Assembly (NCBI RefSeq): GCF_964204645.1
Contig: NC_134028.1
Coordinates: forward strand, 5,890,001 to 5,954,000
Direction: 5' to 3'
Length of the DNA stretch: 64,000 nucleotides
DNA from: Tubulanus polymorphus
Lineage: Eukaryota; Animalia; Nemertea
Below the pieces are notes generated by a model. The model had not been told where the DNA came from. It saw only the letters and a program-made list of their open reading frames with translations, and did not search any database. The position numbers were made by a program, and so were the translations under genes. Below, piece by piece: positions 13,304 through 27,295 of this stretch; positions within the stretch are counted from its first letter, which is position 1, and each line of letters starts with the position of its first letter.

Positions 13304-15703
13304 ATGGAAACTATATTCACATTTGTTTTCACGGTTTTACTCCTTGGATTCGTGAACTGTAAGGTTAGATCAAATGATTATTTCTGACAAGAAGTGCAGG
13401 CGGATCTGTCTGATTCAACTGTTGCATTGATGTATTTTTTCGGATTAATTTTGATCAAGTCCCGGTAGTAGTATTTTGTTAGTTTAAAATGAGATCCTTT
13501 TTCTAGATAAAATTTAAACAAAACCTGTAATGTTTTTCAGAGCCTTCGGGGAGTCGATGGTGAGTATAGAGCTTGTGACCGCGTCCAGGCTTTGCTTGAC
13601 CCACACAGAAAGCTTCTTTTTTCTGTTTTAATGATTGAAAAATTGTGAATTCTATTGTTTGCTTGCTTTTCTTTCTTTCATCTCTGTATATATGAAATAA
13701 ATTTGAACTTGAACTTGAGCTTTAATAGTTACTTTTGATCTTAAAATAGGGATTAATCCTGTTATTTATTTGATTGGTAGATTTCGTTTGATTTGGTGTC
13801 CGACCCTCCGCACATCTGCCGGGAGGGAAACTGGGGGTTTGATTTCAAAATTGGAAATCGAAGTACGCACATAGTTGCGTGATCGGCGGTCGAATTTGCA
13901 GATTTTTTTATTAACGTGCTCATTGGCTTAGAATAAAGGCTTCGGTATCACGTACTTCTAACACATGAATTATCTTTTTTACAGAATTTCACAACCCTGA
14001 AGAGAATGAAGGTAGGCATTGTCTTCGCTACCGGTATTTATTTACAATCGACGGACTACTGAATTAGTTTCAGGTTTCTCATACGCGTAATAACAGAGTT
14101 ATTGGGATATTGATTTAAGTCGAATGTTTATATTATATCTTTAACCAGGTCTTTTTGAGGGTGATATCATTACTGACTCGGTGAGTTCATGTACATCTCC
14201 CCCAGACTCGAATTATTAACATGTGTGTTACGTACTTCATAGAATCATCTCATTACATATTCAGAACAGTCGAACGTTAAAAACCGTTGATGAATCGTGA
14301 TTTGTACACGTTGTGTTTGTTTTGTATAGTTCCGAAATGGTGTGCAAGGTAAAGAATGGCCGGATGGTATAGTTCACATCGCTATCAGCGACGAATATAG
14401 TAAGCATAATTCATCACATATCGTTTTGTAAGTTGATAGATGAATTTAACTGCAACAAACGTTTACTGGAGTTTTATCAATACCATATCACCCTTTAGAT
14501 CCAGATTACTTGAGATTAATGAAAATAGTTGTTTTATTAACTCATTAATCATAATGTTCTCTGTTGGAGAAGATAATGATAACAATGCGATATTGCGAGA
14601 AGACTACGGTTGACAATGATTGGCTTCTTTCAAGAATATTTGAGAGCCTCAATAATTGAAGAATTCAGGACGGGTCCGCGGAGAGGGTGCAGGGGTACGC
14701 ACCCCCTAAAATGTCAAGTTAGCCAGCAATTTCACGACAAAATGATACCTACACAAGTTAAATTTCATAAGTTTTTCTGGGGGAATGCACTTTTATTTTA
14801 TCCAGGATATTATATGCGTTATTATTTGTTCTTTTTATAGAGCCGTATGAAAAGGCGAAGATTATCAAGAATTTGAAAATAATAGAAGATAGAGTTGCTG
14901 TTAATGGAAAGAAATGCATTCAGTTCCTCGACTGGGTACCGGGTACCCGTGCCTATATCGAGTACATGCCAGGATCAGGGTAATAATTGTGATCAGCCAG
15001 TGTTTTACAACAAGAAAAAATCTCATCGATTCTAGCTGCAGTTCTGTACGCAGCTTTACTGGATGTTTTACAGATGTAGCTCCTCGGTAGGAATGACCGG
15101 TTTCAAACAACTGTTGAGACTGAGTTCGTGGGGATGTCTGGACGCGGGACGTATACAACACGAAACTGTTCACGCCTTGGGTTTCTATCACGAACAGAGC
15201 CGACCCGACCGAGATAACTACGTCGAAATCAAATTAGAAAACATCAAACCGGGTATGACAACTAGGTGCTTTCATAAGAACAGATGTCAGATTGTCCAAG
15301 AGCTTAAGGCTTGAAAAGTCAAAAATAAAGAATTTAGATTTATGTTCCCAGGGACGCCGTCGTAAATAATTATTGATATTATACGGGGAGAATATGGGAA
15401 ACCTCGAAATCTATCACAGAGACGATAATGTACGTATAGTATCTACACATGTATTCTACATCGATGCCTTATCATTTCAAAACAGATCATGCTAAAAATT
15501 TCGATAAGCTGCCCGACACTCAAACCTACGGACAAACCTACGATTACGGCAGTCTCATGCACTACGGGCCTACAACTTTCAGCAGCAACGGCGAACCCAC
15601 GATAGTACCGAAGAAAGCCGGCGTGACGATCGGACAGAGGGATGGGCTTAGCGACATCGACGTGGAGAAAATACGAATCCGATACAAATGCTACGGTATT
15701 TGA
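13304..15703 (+). CDS. Secreted astacin-family (M12A) zinc metalloprotease with no C-terminal accessory domain; exons 13304-13363, 13541-13559, 13985-14011, 14149-14180, 14330-14399, 14841-14979, 15074-15252, 15486-15703
   Basis: Signal peptide METIFTFVFTVLLLGFVNC, propeptide LFEGDI, RNG...WPDG mature start, zinc motif HETVHALGFYHEQSRPDRD and Met-turn YDYGSLMHY. All junctions are GT/AG and in phase. Confidence 0.93.
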
Positions 15704-16238
15704 ACAATTCACTTCGTTATTCTTCGTGTTTTCAATTAGTACGGACATAGAAAATTCGAGTTCAAATAAATGGAACCATGTTAACCAAATGCTGTTTAAC
15801 AGTTTCAGTTTGTTTTCACTGTCCATGAAAAATCCGAGCTTTGTTTTTTTTCCAGATAAGTAGAGTTAGACGGTATCGGATTACAAGAGAAAACCAAAAT
15901 GAAATTGTATTCTATTTTAAGTCAGAATAAACCCGATTAACTGATTAACCGTTAATTGAATATAGATTTTTTTGGTTTCTTGTGGAATTAATATCTTTTT
16001 CGAAGGAATTGTCAAATCTTACTTTAACTTATAACGATTGTTGATGATTCCTAGGACATGCTACGCATGGGGGATGGATGGGCGGCGAATAGGAGATGAA
16101 AAGGAAATTAAATCTCATATGAATTAATATTCTAATTTTGCGCGTGAACGACTGATTGCTTCATAAACTGATCTGATCAGTTGAGTTGTTACCATCGACA
16201 CTCAAAGCCATTGCTTTTGAACACACACGTTAGTTAAA

Positions 16239-19224
16239 ATGACCACTACTTCAACGGCAGAAAAATTCAGTATCGGAATATTTTCAATTCTTACGTTCAT
16301 TGTAGGAATATCCGTACGAGGTAAGACCCGACGATGTATATTTGTCATGTAAACTAATAGTACAATTTTTATAACCCTCAATCCACTGCCCACCACCCAG
16401 AGGCGGGTAACAGGTTTTTCCCTGTTGGTAGGGCAGAGGTCAGAACACGAACTCTTGCTACCGCGCCAGGATTCGAACACATATTATGAAAATACTGGAA
16501 AGATGTGACGTTGATGTTAACATTTTTAAAAGGGGGTAAAGTTTTAAATGCGCGCGGTTAATTTCACGAATTGATCAGGGTAATTTTTACATGTATATTC
16601 CAGGAGACAGTTTGCTTATCCTGTCGGCACTGTTCAAGCAATATTCGTCATTGTTTCACCAGGCGGAGAGTATAGCAGACGACTTTAACTCGACTTCGAC
16701 GAAAATAAATTTAGTTTCCGATGAATTTTCCGTTCTAAATTTCAAACATATTCTATGGCATCAGTGCGTCGCTTTGCTGATGTCTTTTGGTGGCTTTTTC
16801 GTATTCGGCGGAACGCTCAATCATTACTATCACGTTAAGCAAAAACAACAGGTAAGTCGTGTTTCAATTGACAAATCGAATCTACCCGACAATATTTTGA
16901 AACAGACTTTCACTATCGTCACCAACAATAATGCTGAAAATACGGAGTAATTTAATTCCGAATATATGGTTGATTGATGGGGATTTTTTTCTAATTTGAT
17001 AGGCTTCTGAATGGAAATGTCAACCGCATAAATTTCTTAGCGCTGAAAATGAACGTCATGCCTTCAAACTAGGTTCGATGAATATGGTTTTCGCTTCTGC
17101 ATTGTCAGGTCTGGCCTCGGCATGTCTATATGAAAATGGTACTTTCATCGCGAAGCAGTCAAAAACAATTTATTCATAGAGCTTGCGTAATTCATGACGT
17201 TAATTGATATTCGTTACAGGACCGAGTAAACTTTATTTTACGATCACTGAGAAAGGCTGGCTTTATTTCATCGCTTCGATACCAGTTTACTTCCTAGTTA
17301 TCGATGGACTGGTTTTCTACGCTCACAGATTCTTTCATTCGAAATATTTCTACGGGTAAATCCTAAAAAATGGAAACGACAAAAAGCTTTTTCACTGTAT
17401 TAGGTTATTTATTGATTGCTAATTCATTTGATCGCGATGAATTCAAAAAGAATCACTAAAATCTTTTATTTTTGTGAAAAATCGATAAGAAAATGGCCGA
17501 AGCCAGTTGCACAGTCGTGAACTCTGGGAAGAGTGATTTAAAAAAACATGTTGAATATTCATATTTCGGTTGCTGTCGCTAAATCAAAGGACCGTTCCAC
17601 ATGTCAAGCGTAGGTCAGCCTTGCCCCTGCCAGCGATGACCCGTCGACCTACATGCCCTGGCGACTGTCAGCGACGCTAGTTGCAATGAGTCGTACAAGT
17701 TCTACTTTCTGCGGTGCAACAGTCCTTTCCAGTCGCGACCCGCTTACGTAGGCCCACGCACGCCGATCTTGCGACTGACGAAATACTAGACGCTGGCAAC
17801 CTCGTAGCAGTTGACCTAAGCATCGCAGGGTCGCAAGCCCGACCTACGCCCAGCGGACCGTCCTAAAGGCACACTAATGCTGGGTGTAGGTCGACAAGCT
17901 AGATTGATGGAGCATTTATCTTTCTTTCTGCAGACGCTTTCACAGCTGGCACCATCGATACCATCAACCGGTTGTCTGGACGGCGTTAGCGTTACATCCC
18001 GTCGAAATGTTGATCGTTCAGTCGATCCTCATATTACCGATGTTTCTCGTCGAAATACACGTCGGTAACGTATAAAACAACGGTCGATTTGTTTTCTTCC
18101 CCACGCACCCAACCGAACAATGTCATCATTCCATCGTTAATAAGACGCCCCAGTCCTGAAGAATGCAGTACAATGCATCGACCTATTTGCATCCGTTCAC
18201 ATTGTTTTAATCATATGCCACACTATCGACCTATCTAAAAATGTAATCTTTTATTATTCTAAAAACGGCATTATTTTCATTCGCAGTTGTATTCGTGGGT
18301 AATTTGGTCTACTGCTATTATTACGGAATGACAGCCCACTCGGGAGTCAAAATGACGTCAATATGGCCTTGGCAGCCTCCATCCACCTTTCACGACAATC
18401 ATCACGTGTAAGTGAAGCAGCCGATCGGTAACCAATATATAACATAACGGTTTTCAATAATAGTAACCTATTCATAACTGCGGAATTTCATAAACGATTG
18501 CATTTATGAACGTGAAACAATTTTATGAATTTCAACACAACCAGTGTGGAAATAAATGTGTATATGTATGTATACATGATAATGTGACGACGACCGCGCA
18601 TCGTTACACCAAGAGACGCGATGCGAATTTTGCGAATCAATTCGCGTGAATCAAACGCGCTAGATGTTTAATCACCGAATTCTAATCGAATTAATCTGGC
18701 AAAAAATACGAAGTGAATCATGACTGCGACTGGTTGGTGAATCTATTCAGAAATCAGCTGTCGCACCGAATTTGCCTGAATCTATCAACCTCGGTTTATT
18801 CGAATTCAATCGCAGGCGAATAATACAGCAAATGTTTCACCGACTCGTCCGCCACGAGCTTAATCATTTTGCAACAAAAAAAAAAACAATAATCATCAAT
18901 ATTTTGTTTATCCGTTTCGTTGATTGAATTTTAATTCGAAAACGGGGAATAATTGAATGAATAAATAATTGTATTCAATGGTGTAGAACCACATATATAT
19001 GGATGCTAAACGTCATAATATCAAACTGTTTGATGGTTGACACGGTGTAAGTCGACCCACGGGAATTGTATGTATTCACTTGATAGATGATTTATTAATT
19101 TTAATTTTGTAGAAATCCTAATTGCAACATTGGATTCAATACGATTATATTCGATTGGTTTCAAGGTACTCTATATGAAAACGATGACAACCCAAAGGAG
19201 ATCGGCCCAACAGTGACCGATTAA
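16239..19224 (+). CDS. Fatty acid hydroxylase / sterol desaturase family protein (lathosterol oxidase-like), copy A; exons 16239-16320, 16604-16851, 17003-17138, 17220-17355, 17934-18064, 18287-18407, 19113-19224
   Basis: His boxes HRFFH, HSWHH and HDNHH; WKCQP and NIG...FDWFQGTL motifs; seven in-phase exons. Confidence 0.9.
16380..16480 (-). mobile_element. Possible fragment of a tRNA-derived SINE
   Basis: B-box-like GTTCGAATCC on the minus strand followed by a GC-richer body; no A box or cloverleaf seen. Confidence 0.3.
17588..17863. mobile_element. Degenerate GC-rich MITE-like insertion in desaturase intron 4
   Basis: Imperfect inverted ends gggaccgttcc...gcgtaggtc / gacctacgc...gcggaccgtcc; composition differs from the AT-rich intron. 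Confidence 0.35.
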
Positions 19225-19380
19225 ATAGCTTAGGAGTTTAAAGGCAACTCATTGCTGCTCTGAAGCAACATTCGACTCCTACACGATAAAACAGATCTTC
19301 TGACGAAGCTTAAGCTGGAAAATGAAATGATGGAGTGTTTTTTTTTAATGTTACTTTGTCCCTGCCCTTTGCACTTACCT

Positions 19381-21546
19381 TCAAAGAAAACTTGAAATGC
19401 TCGCTTGAACTAACTGTTTAAATTAAAGACTTTGGTTGTTCATATATACTTATAGAATAAAGTCGAGTAAGACCCTGATTACAATAACAAAATTATTAAT
19501 TATGATATTTGTATGTTGAAGATTTTCGGTAATTCTGTCGGATGGAACTGAATTGGGACTGGATATTCCGTTGTGAGAAGGGCTCAATGATTAGCTATTC
19601 TATCTGTCATACGCATTTCAATCTTGTTATCATTACATGGAACAAACCTTTTTTGGTGATGATGTGCACCATAGTGCTACTTGAGGGGTCGCATGATGAT
19701 TGTTCACCAGTCACAGTCGAGGCGTCCAGACATTTCAGGTATTTCGTCTCCGACCACATGTAAACCCGAGACCAGTCATTTTGTTCTGCATCGTTTAGAC
19801 ACTCGGCCGGCGTTTGCGTGTTTCCGTTCAACCCATGTACAAAACTCTCGCACATCGATTGCGATTCGTAAGAAAACAGTTCAGGCTTTCCTGAAAAAAT
19901 GAAATTTTCACAATTTAAAGCCAAATGCGCAATCAGTTCTAAGGAGTGAAACGGAACGAGTATTTATCTCACAACAGGTTTGTGAATTGATTTGATTTAA
20001 AATCCGATTCTGGAGTTGAACGACAACAAAATGCACAATGGTTTTTATACAATATCGTTATTAATGATTTTCCGACAAAAATCATGTTCAATTCACAAAC
20101 AAATAACATATTTATAGCACTTTACAGTACTGTATGGAATAGAACCCTTTCGGAAACCGATGATCGAACGTCATTCGTTTCACATTCTCGAAATATAGAA
20201 AAAACTCTTATTTCAAGTTAGTTAAAACTCATATTTTAGTCAGCTCTCATCATAAACTTGATACATCATATCTGGTTACAAATCGATATGAAATATCCAA
20301 GGACATAATTTTTCACGAAACCTTTCTGAAAATCAATTTTCATAGACCAATTATTTGTACTTACTGGGTATTTTGACGTATAGAGTTACAGTCAGTGGAA
20401 AGTGGTTGACCTTTGTGCTACACATGAAATATTTGATGTAACACTTATCGTTATACATAGAAAACATAAGACAGTCACTGTCCCCATTGCAATCGTCTCT
20501 GCACATCTGTGTCGTTGCCTCGTACTTTCTCGCTTGAGTGGCACAAGTTCCCCTGTCCAGCTCAAATTTCAGATATTTTGGGAATTCTACAAAAAATTAT
20601 GTTTTCATCTTATACGTTCAGAGCTTATTATTTGATACGATTATAGTAACTTCCGATGATAAAACTATGCGCGGGTGGGCTGGGTAGTATGGCCTAAAAG
20701 AAATTATCTACTTTTCAAAACAACAGCTACGAACGCAAACTACTGAACTATGCTTGAATCCAGATAGAAAGACGGCAAACGGCCTAAGATTTAAATCTAT
20801 TAAATTCATTTGTGTTTTAATACCAAATATTTTATAAAAATATTGGTAAAAAAGCATAGTATAAACATTTCAACCGATGTTAAAGGAATTAAAGTTCTGC
20901 ACCAGAACATTTAGTTAAAGATTTTCGTTATTCTATCGTTCGAGGCACGATAAATCTTTATCTATCGCAATTGATTTTCTCTCGGAGTTACAAGAATACG
21001 AAATGATGTGATTTGAAATTTAGGAACGTTAGTTATGATTTAGTTGACAATAAGTTATTGCAGCAAGAAAATAAAGGCATGAGTAGGCCTAATAAGCGAA
21101 CAATTTCTAAAATAAGAAAACTAACTTAAAAGTTTATTGACTCCTTAAAAAATAAACACTTTAAGATTCGAATATATCGATAATCTAATCGACCAGCAAC
21201 CAGTCCAGCCCCGATATATTGGTGGCGTAGTGTACGAACTCTCAAAAAATGTTTTTTTTTTCAAGTTATCAAACATAAGATAAGAGTTATTGAATATATA
21301 TATTCAATGACAAAATAAACACCAATTCACAATTGTAATTGTTATTTCAAAACGTTGATATAGATGACGTGGTGCTTACCGACTCACAAAGAACCCCTTA
21401 AATAACGCATGCACTGTACTTATGAACATTATTGTAACGGTTTTTTATACGGCATAAAAATCTGACTTACCTACAGACAAAACCAGAACACAGCCAAAAG
21501 CGAAATGAATGACAACTCTGAATGGCGATGACCCGCGGAGATGCAT
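19381..21546 (-). CDS. Secreted cysteine-rich protein with PAN/apple-like domain(s), copy 1 (189 aa); exons 21546-21471, 20586-20365, 19890-19648, 19409-19381
   Basis: Signal peptide-like MHLRGSSPFRVVIHFAFGCVLVLSV; exon 2 has C-x3-C-x5-C-x2-F...C-Y-I-K (PAN-like pattern); exon 3 is a second Cys-containing module; all introns are phase 1. The domain name is inferred from the motif only. Confidence 0.8.
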
Positions 21547-24128
21547 AATTCTTCCTTTCTGATTTCCGCACTGGTAATTTGTGGCAATTCGTAAATCGTT
21601 TCGTCTGTTGTTAATTCATTCGAATGGATGAGAAACTTCTCGCGTCATGAACGCGCGTTTCGTTGTTGTATCGTTGTGCACGGGGCGTGTCATCCAACGC
21701 GAACGTTTTTCCGAATGAAAAATCAATGATTCTAAAAATCGCTTTAATTTCTCCTTTAAAGGGATATGATACGAATCAATATCTGCATCCTACCGAAATG
21801 AGGTTCCGTCTGGTATCTGTTCACTTAAATTGAGAAACTTAGCAAAACATGTTAAAGTGTATGGTAGAAAGGAAAAGAATGATTTGAAGAAGCGCTGTGA
21901 TAGTCATTCTACCTAGTAACGGAAGCTTTTTACAGATGAAAACAGACTTTGAAAAACTCTGAAAAACGCAGCAAATATATTTTTTGTTATGAAGTAGGAA
22001 TGATTCAGAATAGTTTGACGAATCAGGAACGGGACCCTTTTCTAGATAAGAACGGATGTGATCTTAAATCTTAGATAGACAAAATATTAGACATCGATCT
22101 TGGTTAACGGTTTCTATGACGATCAAACGAAATAACAGAAGCGTGTTTTTCGCCTGAAAGAATAACGTTATTTCCGCTAACAGTCTACACGAGAAATCAT
22201 TTTGCGCCGTAAAATTCCATTTGCTGCACCTTTGTAAATCAATTTTCTGTAGTCTATGTTGCATTGATAGATATAAAAAATTCACGATGTTCGACACAAA
22301 CTATTTCTAAAACTGTAGAAATACCCCCATTATAACGATTGATTATCCCTGACGACCGCAACGTTTTGTTTGTAAACTATAGCATCTCATAATACCAGAT
22401 AGAATCGTAGCGTGACTGGTTGCGACGCACTCGCAATTTTAGGCATCGTGTGGTGTCCACGGCCAGTCCTTCGTATCTGGCATATAGGACCGGGAGTACA
22501 TACGACAAGCCTAAGATTTTATTCAATTTCTTGAGCTTCAAAAATGGTGTCGTAGTTTCAGATCATTGTCAATGTGTCAAAGAATTTAACTTTGTAATGG
22601 AATAATGATATTTTACAGATATCTCGAATCCCTCGTCATTTTGGCCACCGGAGTGTCTGTAGTTTCTGGAATCTATATATCCAGGCGTCCCGCCAATTTG
22701 CACCTACACCGAATCTCTCCCAACAGGATGATGATACATCTGGATCAAACCACAACCATTTCCTATTGTGCGTATCGTATAAAACATGCCGCCTCTATAA
22801 CTGAAATAAATTAGTTCCATTTCATAAAGTTATGAACAGGTTATTACTACATGCTTCATTCACCATCGATACGGTGAGCCTTTCGACAAGTAGACCTTTT
22901 TCGGGTTTTTGGCTGTACCGATTCAATATTCAATATGGTTTTCTATCGCAAAGCACCGTAAAAGCGCTCGTAAAAGTGCTTGTCTCGGAAATATAGTTTT
23001 ACGTCGATCGTGCGTATCAAAAGATCAACTGAATCAAGGACTACGGTAATTCTATAGCGAAACCAAAGTCAAATCCTTCCATTGGCATTAATCACAAAAA
23101 AGGAAATATTGACTGACTATATCTCCTTATTAGCAGGACGGTCCTCTGATAAGGATGATGCTGAAACATTCACCTGAATTTAAATAAAACCAAACTTTCT
23201 TCATTTCCTTTATTCCTTGAACAAAGTCTGGATTTATAAACAAGATACATTGGTGTTGATCTTCAAATCAGCCACCCTAGAAATATGACATCGTTGCGGA
23301 TCAAACATGAATTAGTGATTAGAAATTGATTGGAACTGGCACGGAGGATGGTGTTAGTACATTGCTTTTCGGATATCTTCCGGTGGCTTTTTCATATTCG
23401 GTCGAACCCTTAATTATTGATCTTAACGTTTGATAAAAGAAAACAGGTTACTTCTTCAATTCACAAATCAAATTTACCCGACGTGGCGCCGATTATATCT
23501 CGAAACAAACTTCCGATAACGTCATGACCAACAATAATGCTGAAAATAATTACCGGGGTGAATCAAATCCGATTTTGTGATTGGTAAGTGAGGAAAACCT
23601 TCCCCGTATCCTTTCGTTGGGGAATTTAAAAAAAAGAAATTTGAGGCTTGGGGAATTCTTTTTGCGATTTTTCCAAAAAAAATTCAAAAAGTATTCAGTG
23701 TTCGTATACATCAACGACTGTACGACTGTCTTTTTTCCATACTCTTCTTCGGTTGCTGCGACTAAATTTTCCGGCACGCAAGCGGTGCGCGATGGACCAT
23801 TCCATATCAGGGCGGGCACAGGGTGAGCGGTGCGCCTGCCAGCGACTCGTTGCTACGCGATTATCTGCGCGACCGCCAGCGATGATCGCACATGCCGCCC
23901 ATATTCAACTCTCTGCTACATGATACCACCGTTTCTCGCACTCGCAACCGACTTACGTTTACAAACGCTGCTCTTGCGATGGGGATAGAAAGTAGTTGCT
24001 CGCCGTTGCTTTGTTTTTCCCGCGCACCCGAGCGCACACTGTCATCATCAATAATCGTTAAGACGCCCCATAAGTCATGGAATGCATCCGTCGACCAGTT
24101 ACTTTGCCCTAACCATTTGCACTTACCT

Positions 24129-26065
24129 TCAAATAAAACTTGAAATGCTCGCTTGAACTAACTGTTAAAACTAAAGACTTACGCTATTTATATATACATG
24201 TAGAATAAAGTTGAGTAAGACTTTGATTACAATGAAGAATGATAGCTGATGATATTTGTGTGTTGAAATAAAATTTTCGGTAAATCTTTTTGATGGCACG
24301 GCATCGAGACAGGATATTCTGTTGTAAGAAGGGCACAATGATAAACGTATAACAATTCTATCTATGACACGCTTTTCAACCTTGTAATCATTACATGAAA
24401 CTTACCTATCTTGGTGATGATGTGCACCATAGTGCTACTCGAGGAGCTACAGGATGATTGTTCACCAGTCACAGTCGTGGCGTCCAGACATTTCAGGTAT
24501 TTCGTCTCCGACCACATGTAAACCCGAGACCAGTCATTTTGTTCTGCGTCGTTTAGACACTCGGCCGGCGTTCGTGTGTTTCCGTTCAACCCATGTACAA
24601 AACTCTTGCACATTGATTGCGATTCGTAAGAAAACAGTTCAGGCTTCCCTGAAAAAATTAAATTTTCACAATTTTTAAAGCCAAATGTTCGAGGATATGT
24701 TCGAGGAGTGAAATGGAACACGTATTTAACGTGGTGCAGGTTTCAGCTTACAAATTGATTTATTTCAATCGGATATATGAATTTAACGATAACACCGAAA
24801 TTGACAAAAATCACGTTCGGTTCCGATATCGCAATTATTACTGTATTCATTCCACGTTGTCGAAACGTAGAAAAGCCTCTACTTCAAGTTAGCTCTAATA
24901 ACAAACTTGATATAATCATTAGTTTCAAAATGATTTGAAATAGCCAAGGAAATGATTGTTCATAAAACATTTCTGTAAAGGAATCTTTCATCGACCTATC
25001 TTTGTTTTTTAAGTTTAAGCTATACATAATGCAATATGTATTCGATTTTGATAACTTAATAGTGTATTTGTACTTACTCGGTATCTTGACGTAAAGTTTT
25101 ACGGTCAGATAAAAGCGAAACATTTTTCTGCTACACATGAAATATTTGATGTAACACTCATCGTTATACATAGAAAACATAAGACAGTCACGGTCTCCAT
25201 TGCAGTCGTCTCTGCACGTGCGTATCGTTGCATCGAAACTTCTCTCAGTACTGCCACAAGTTCCCTTGTCCAGTTCGAATTTCAGATAGTTTGGGAATTC
25301 TGCAAAAACAAAATTTTCATCTTAGTTCAGAGCTAATTATATGATAATACGATTATAGAAATTTCCGGTGATGAAAGTATGCGGGGAGACATTTCCTGCT
25401 TTTCAAAATGACAGCTAGACGAACATTTCAATGTATATAAACCAGAATGAAGTAAGCAAGTTTATTCTTCATTATCAAAACGTATACTACACTTGTGACA
25501 GATAATCAAGAATACACATTTTAACAAAATAGTTCAATACAAAATTACGTATTGAAAAAATAGAAATATTATGTTATATTATGTCGTTTGTGAGGTCGCC
25601 TCAAAGAATTCCCCGTCTTCTGAACATTGAAGTTGAACATATTCCAATATATTAAAAAAGAAAGATGGCAACAGCTTAAGATTTAGATTTATTAATTTCA
25701 TTTGTGTTTTACCTCGTACTTCATTGGTAGGGCATACAAAAATATAGAAATCTACGAATTGTCAAAATATAGGAATTTTGTTATTTAGCATTCAAGGCAC
25801 GATAAACCTTTATTGAACTGGACTTATTTCCATTTGAATGACATGACTTTGAAATGATTTTGATTTGCAGTTTGTTATCAGGAATATCATAGTCATTTTA
25901 AGTTGATTATAAGTAATTGCAAAGATAGAATAAAGACAAAACTAACATGAGTAACGAGCGAACGAGTTCTAAAAAATAATCAGACCTACCTACGGACAAA
26001 ACCAGAACACATCCGAAAGCGAAATAAAAGACAAATCTGAATGGCGATGATCCGCGGAGATGCAT
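24129..26065 (-). CDS. Secreted PAN/apple-like protein, copy 2; exons 26065-25990, 25299-25078, 24648-24406, 24157-24129
   Basis: Same exon sizes (76/222/243/29 nt) and splice sites as copy 1; open frame. Confidence 0.8.
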
Positions 26066-27295
26066 GATTCTTCCTTTCTGATTTCAGCACTGGTCTGTTG
26101 TGACAATTCGTAGATCGTTTTGTCAGTTTTAAAGTGGATGAGAAACTTCTCGCGTCATGAGCGCGCGTTTCCAAGTGTCCTTGTGCACGGGGCGTGTCAT
26201 CCAAAGCGATCGTTTTTGCGAATGAAAAAAAGAAGAATCTCTATAATTTCAATATTAGAGGGTTATGGTATGCAACCACATCTATATCCTACCGAATTGA
26301 GGTTCGTTCTGGTATTTTTTCATTCAAATTGAGAAACTTAGCGAAAAATTCTTGTATGGAAAGGAATGATTTAGAATGATTTGAAGAAGCGCAATGAAAT
26401 TCATTCTACCTAGTAACTGAACCTTTTTTCAGATGAAAACGGATTTAACTCACTGAAAAACAAATAATTTTTGTTATTAAGTAGGAATGATTCAGAATGA
26501 TTTAATGAAGTAGGAACGGAACCTTTTTCTAGATGAGACCAGGATGCGATCTTAAATCGTTATCTACGATTCGATGTAATCTTCTCAAAGACGAAAACCC
26601 CGATGAAAACAAAAATCGATTTTAGATATAGGTTTCTATGACAATCAAAAGAAATAATAGAAGCGTGTTTTGCACCTGAAAGAATAACGGTATTTCCACT
26701 AATGATCTACACGAAAAATCATTTTGCATCGTAAATTTCCATTTGCTGCACCTTTGCAAATCAATTCTGTATGGTCTGTGTTTCAAGGATTGATGAAAAA
26801 GTCATGATGTTCCACACAAACTACGGAACACTTAATAAAACACTTAAACACTTAATAAAACTGCAGCATTTGAATTTTATGGGGGTAGGGAAACCCGAAA
26901 AAGGGCAGTTCTAAAGGATATAACAACAAGGGCACTTTTCCAAAATTTCTAGGGACCGGCAACTACCCCTTGCCCCTGAGTACAACAGGACAAGCCTGGG
27001 ATTTTATTCAATCTCTTTAACTTTTTATAGTAGAAGTTTTTGTAGTGAATGGCGTTTCGAGTTTTAGAGAAATTGGTATAACATTCTAATATTCATCATG
27101 TATTTTACTGATAGAATATTCGATGGGAAAAAAAATTTACCTTACAAGTTTTTTCATATATTTTAGATAAATGATGGGCCGTTGGAGTGATTGGAATAGT
27201 TAATATTTGCTGACAAACGTGGAATGGATTCTTCAACCATCGCAGCAATCTGTCAATATTTCAAGTAGATCTATGAATAAATGATAACAGCATTG

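Noticed and set aside
16440-16480. Possible tRNA gene
   Set aside because: Only a B-box-like motif is present; no A box or cloverleaf.
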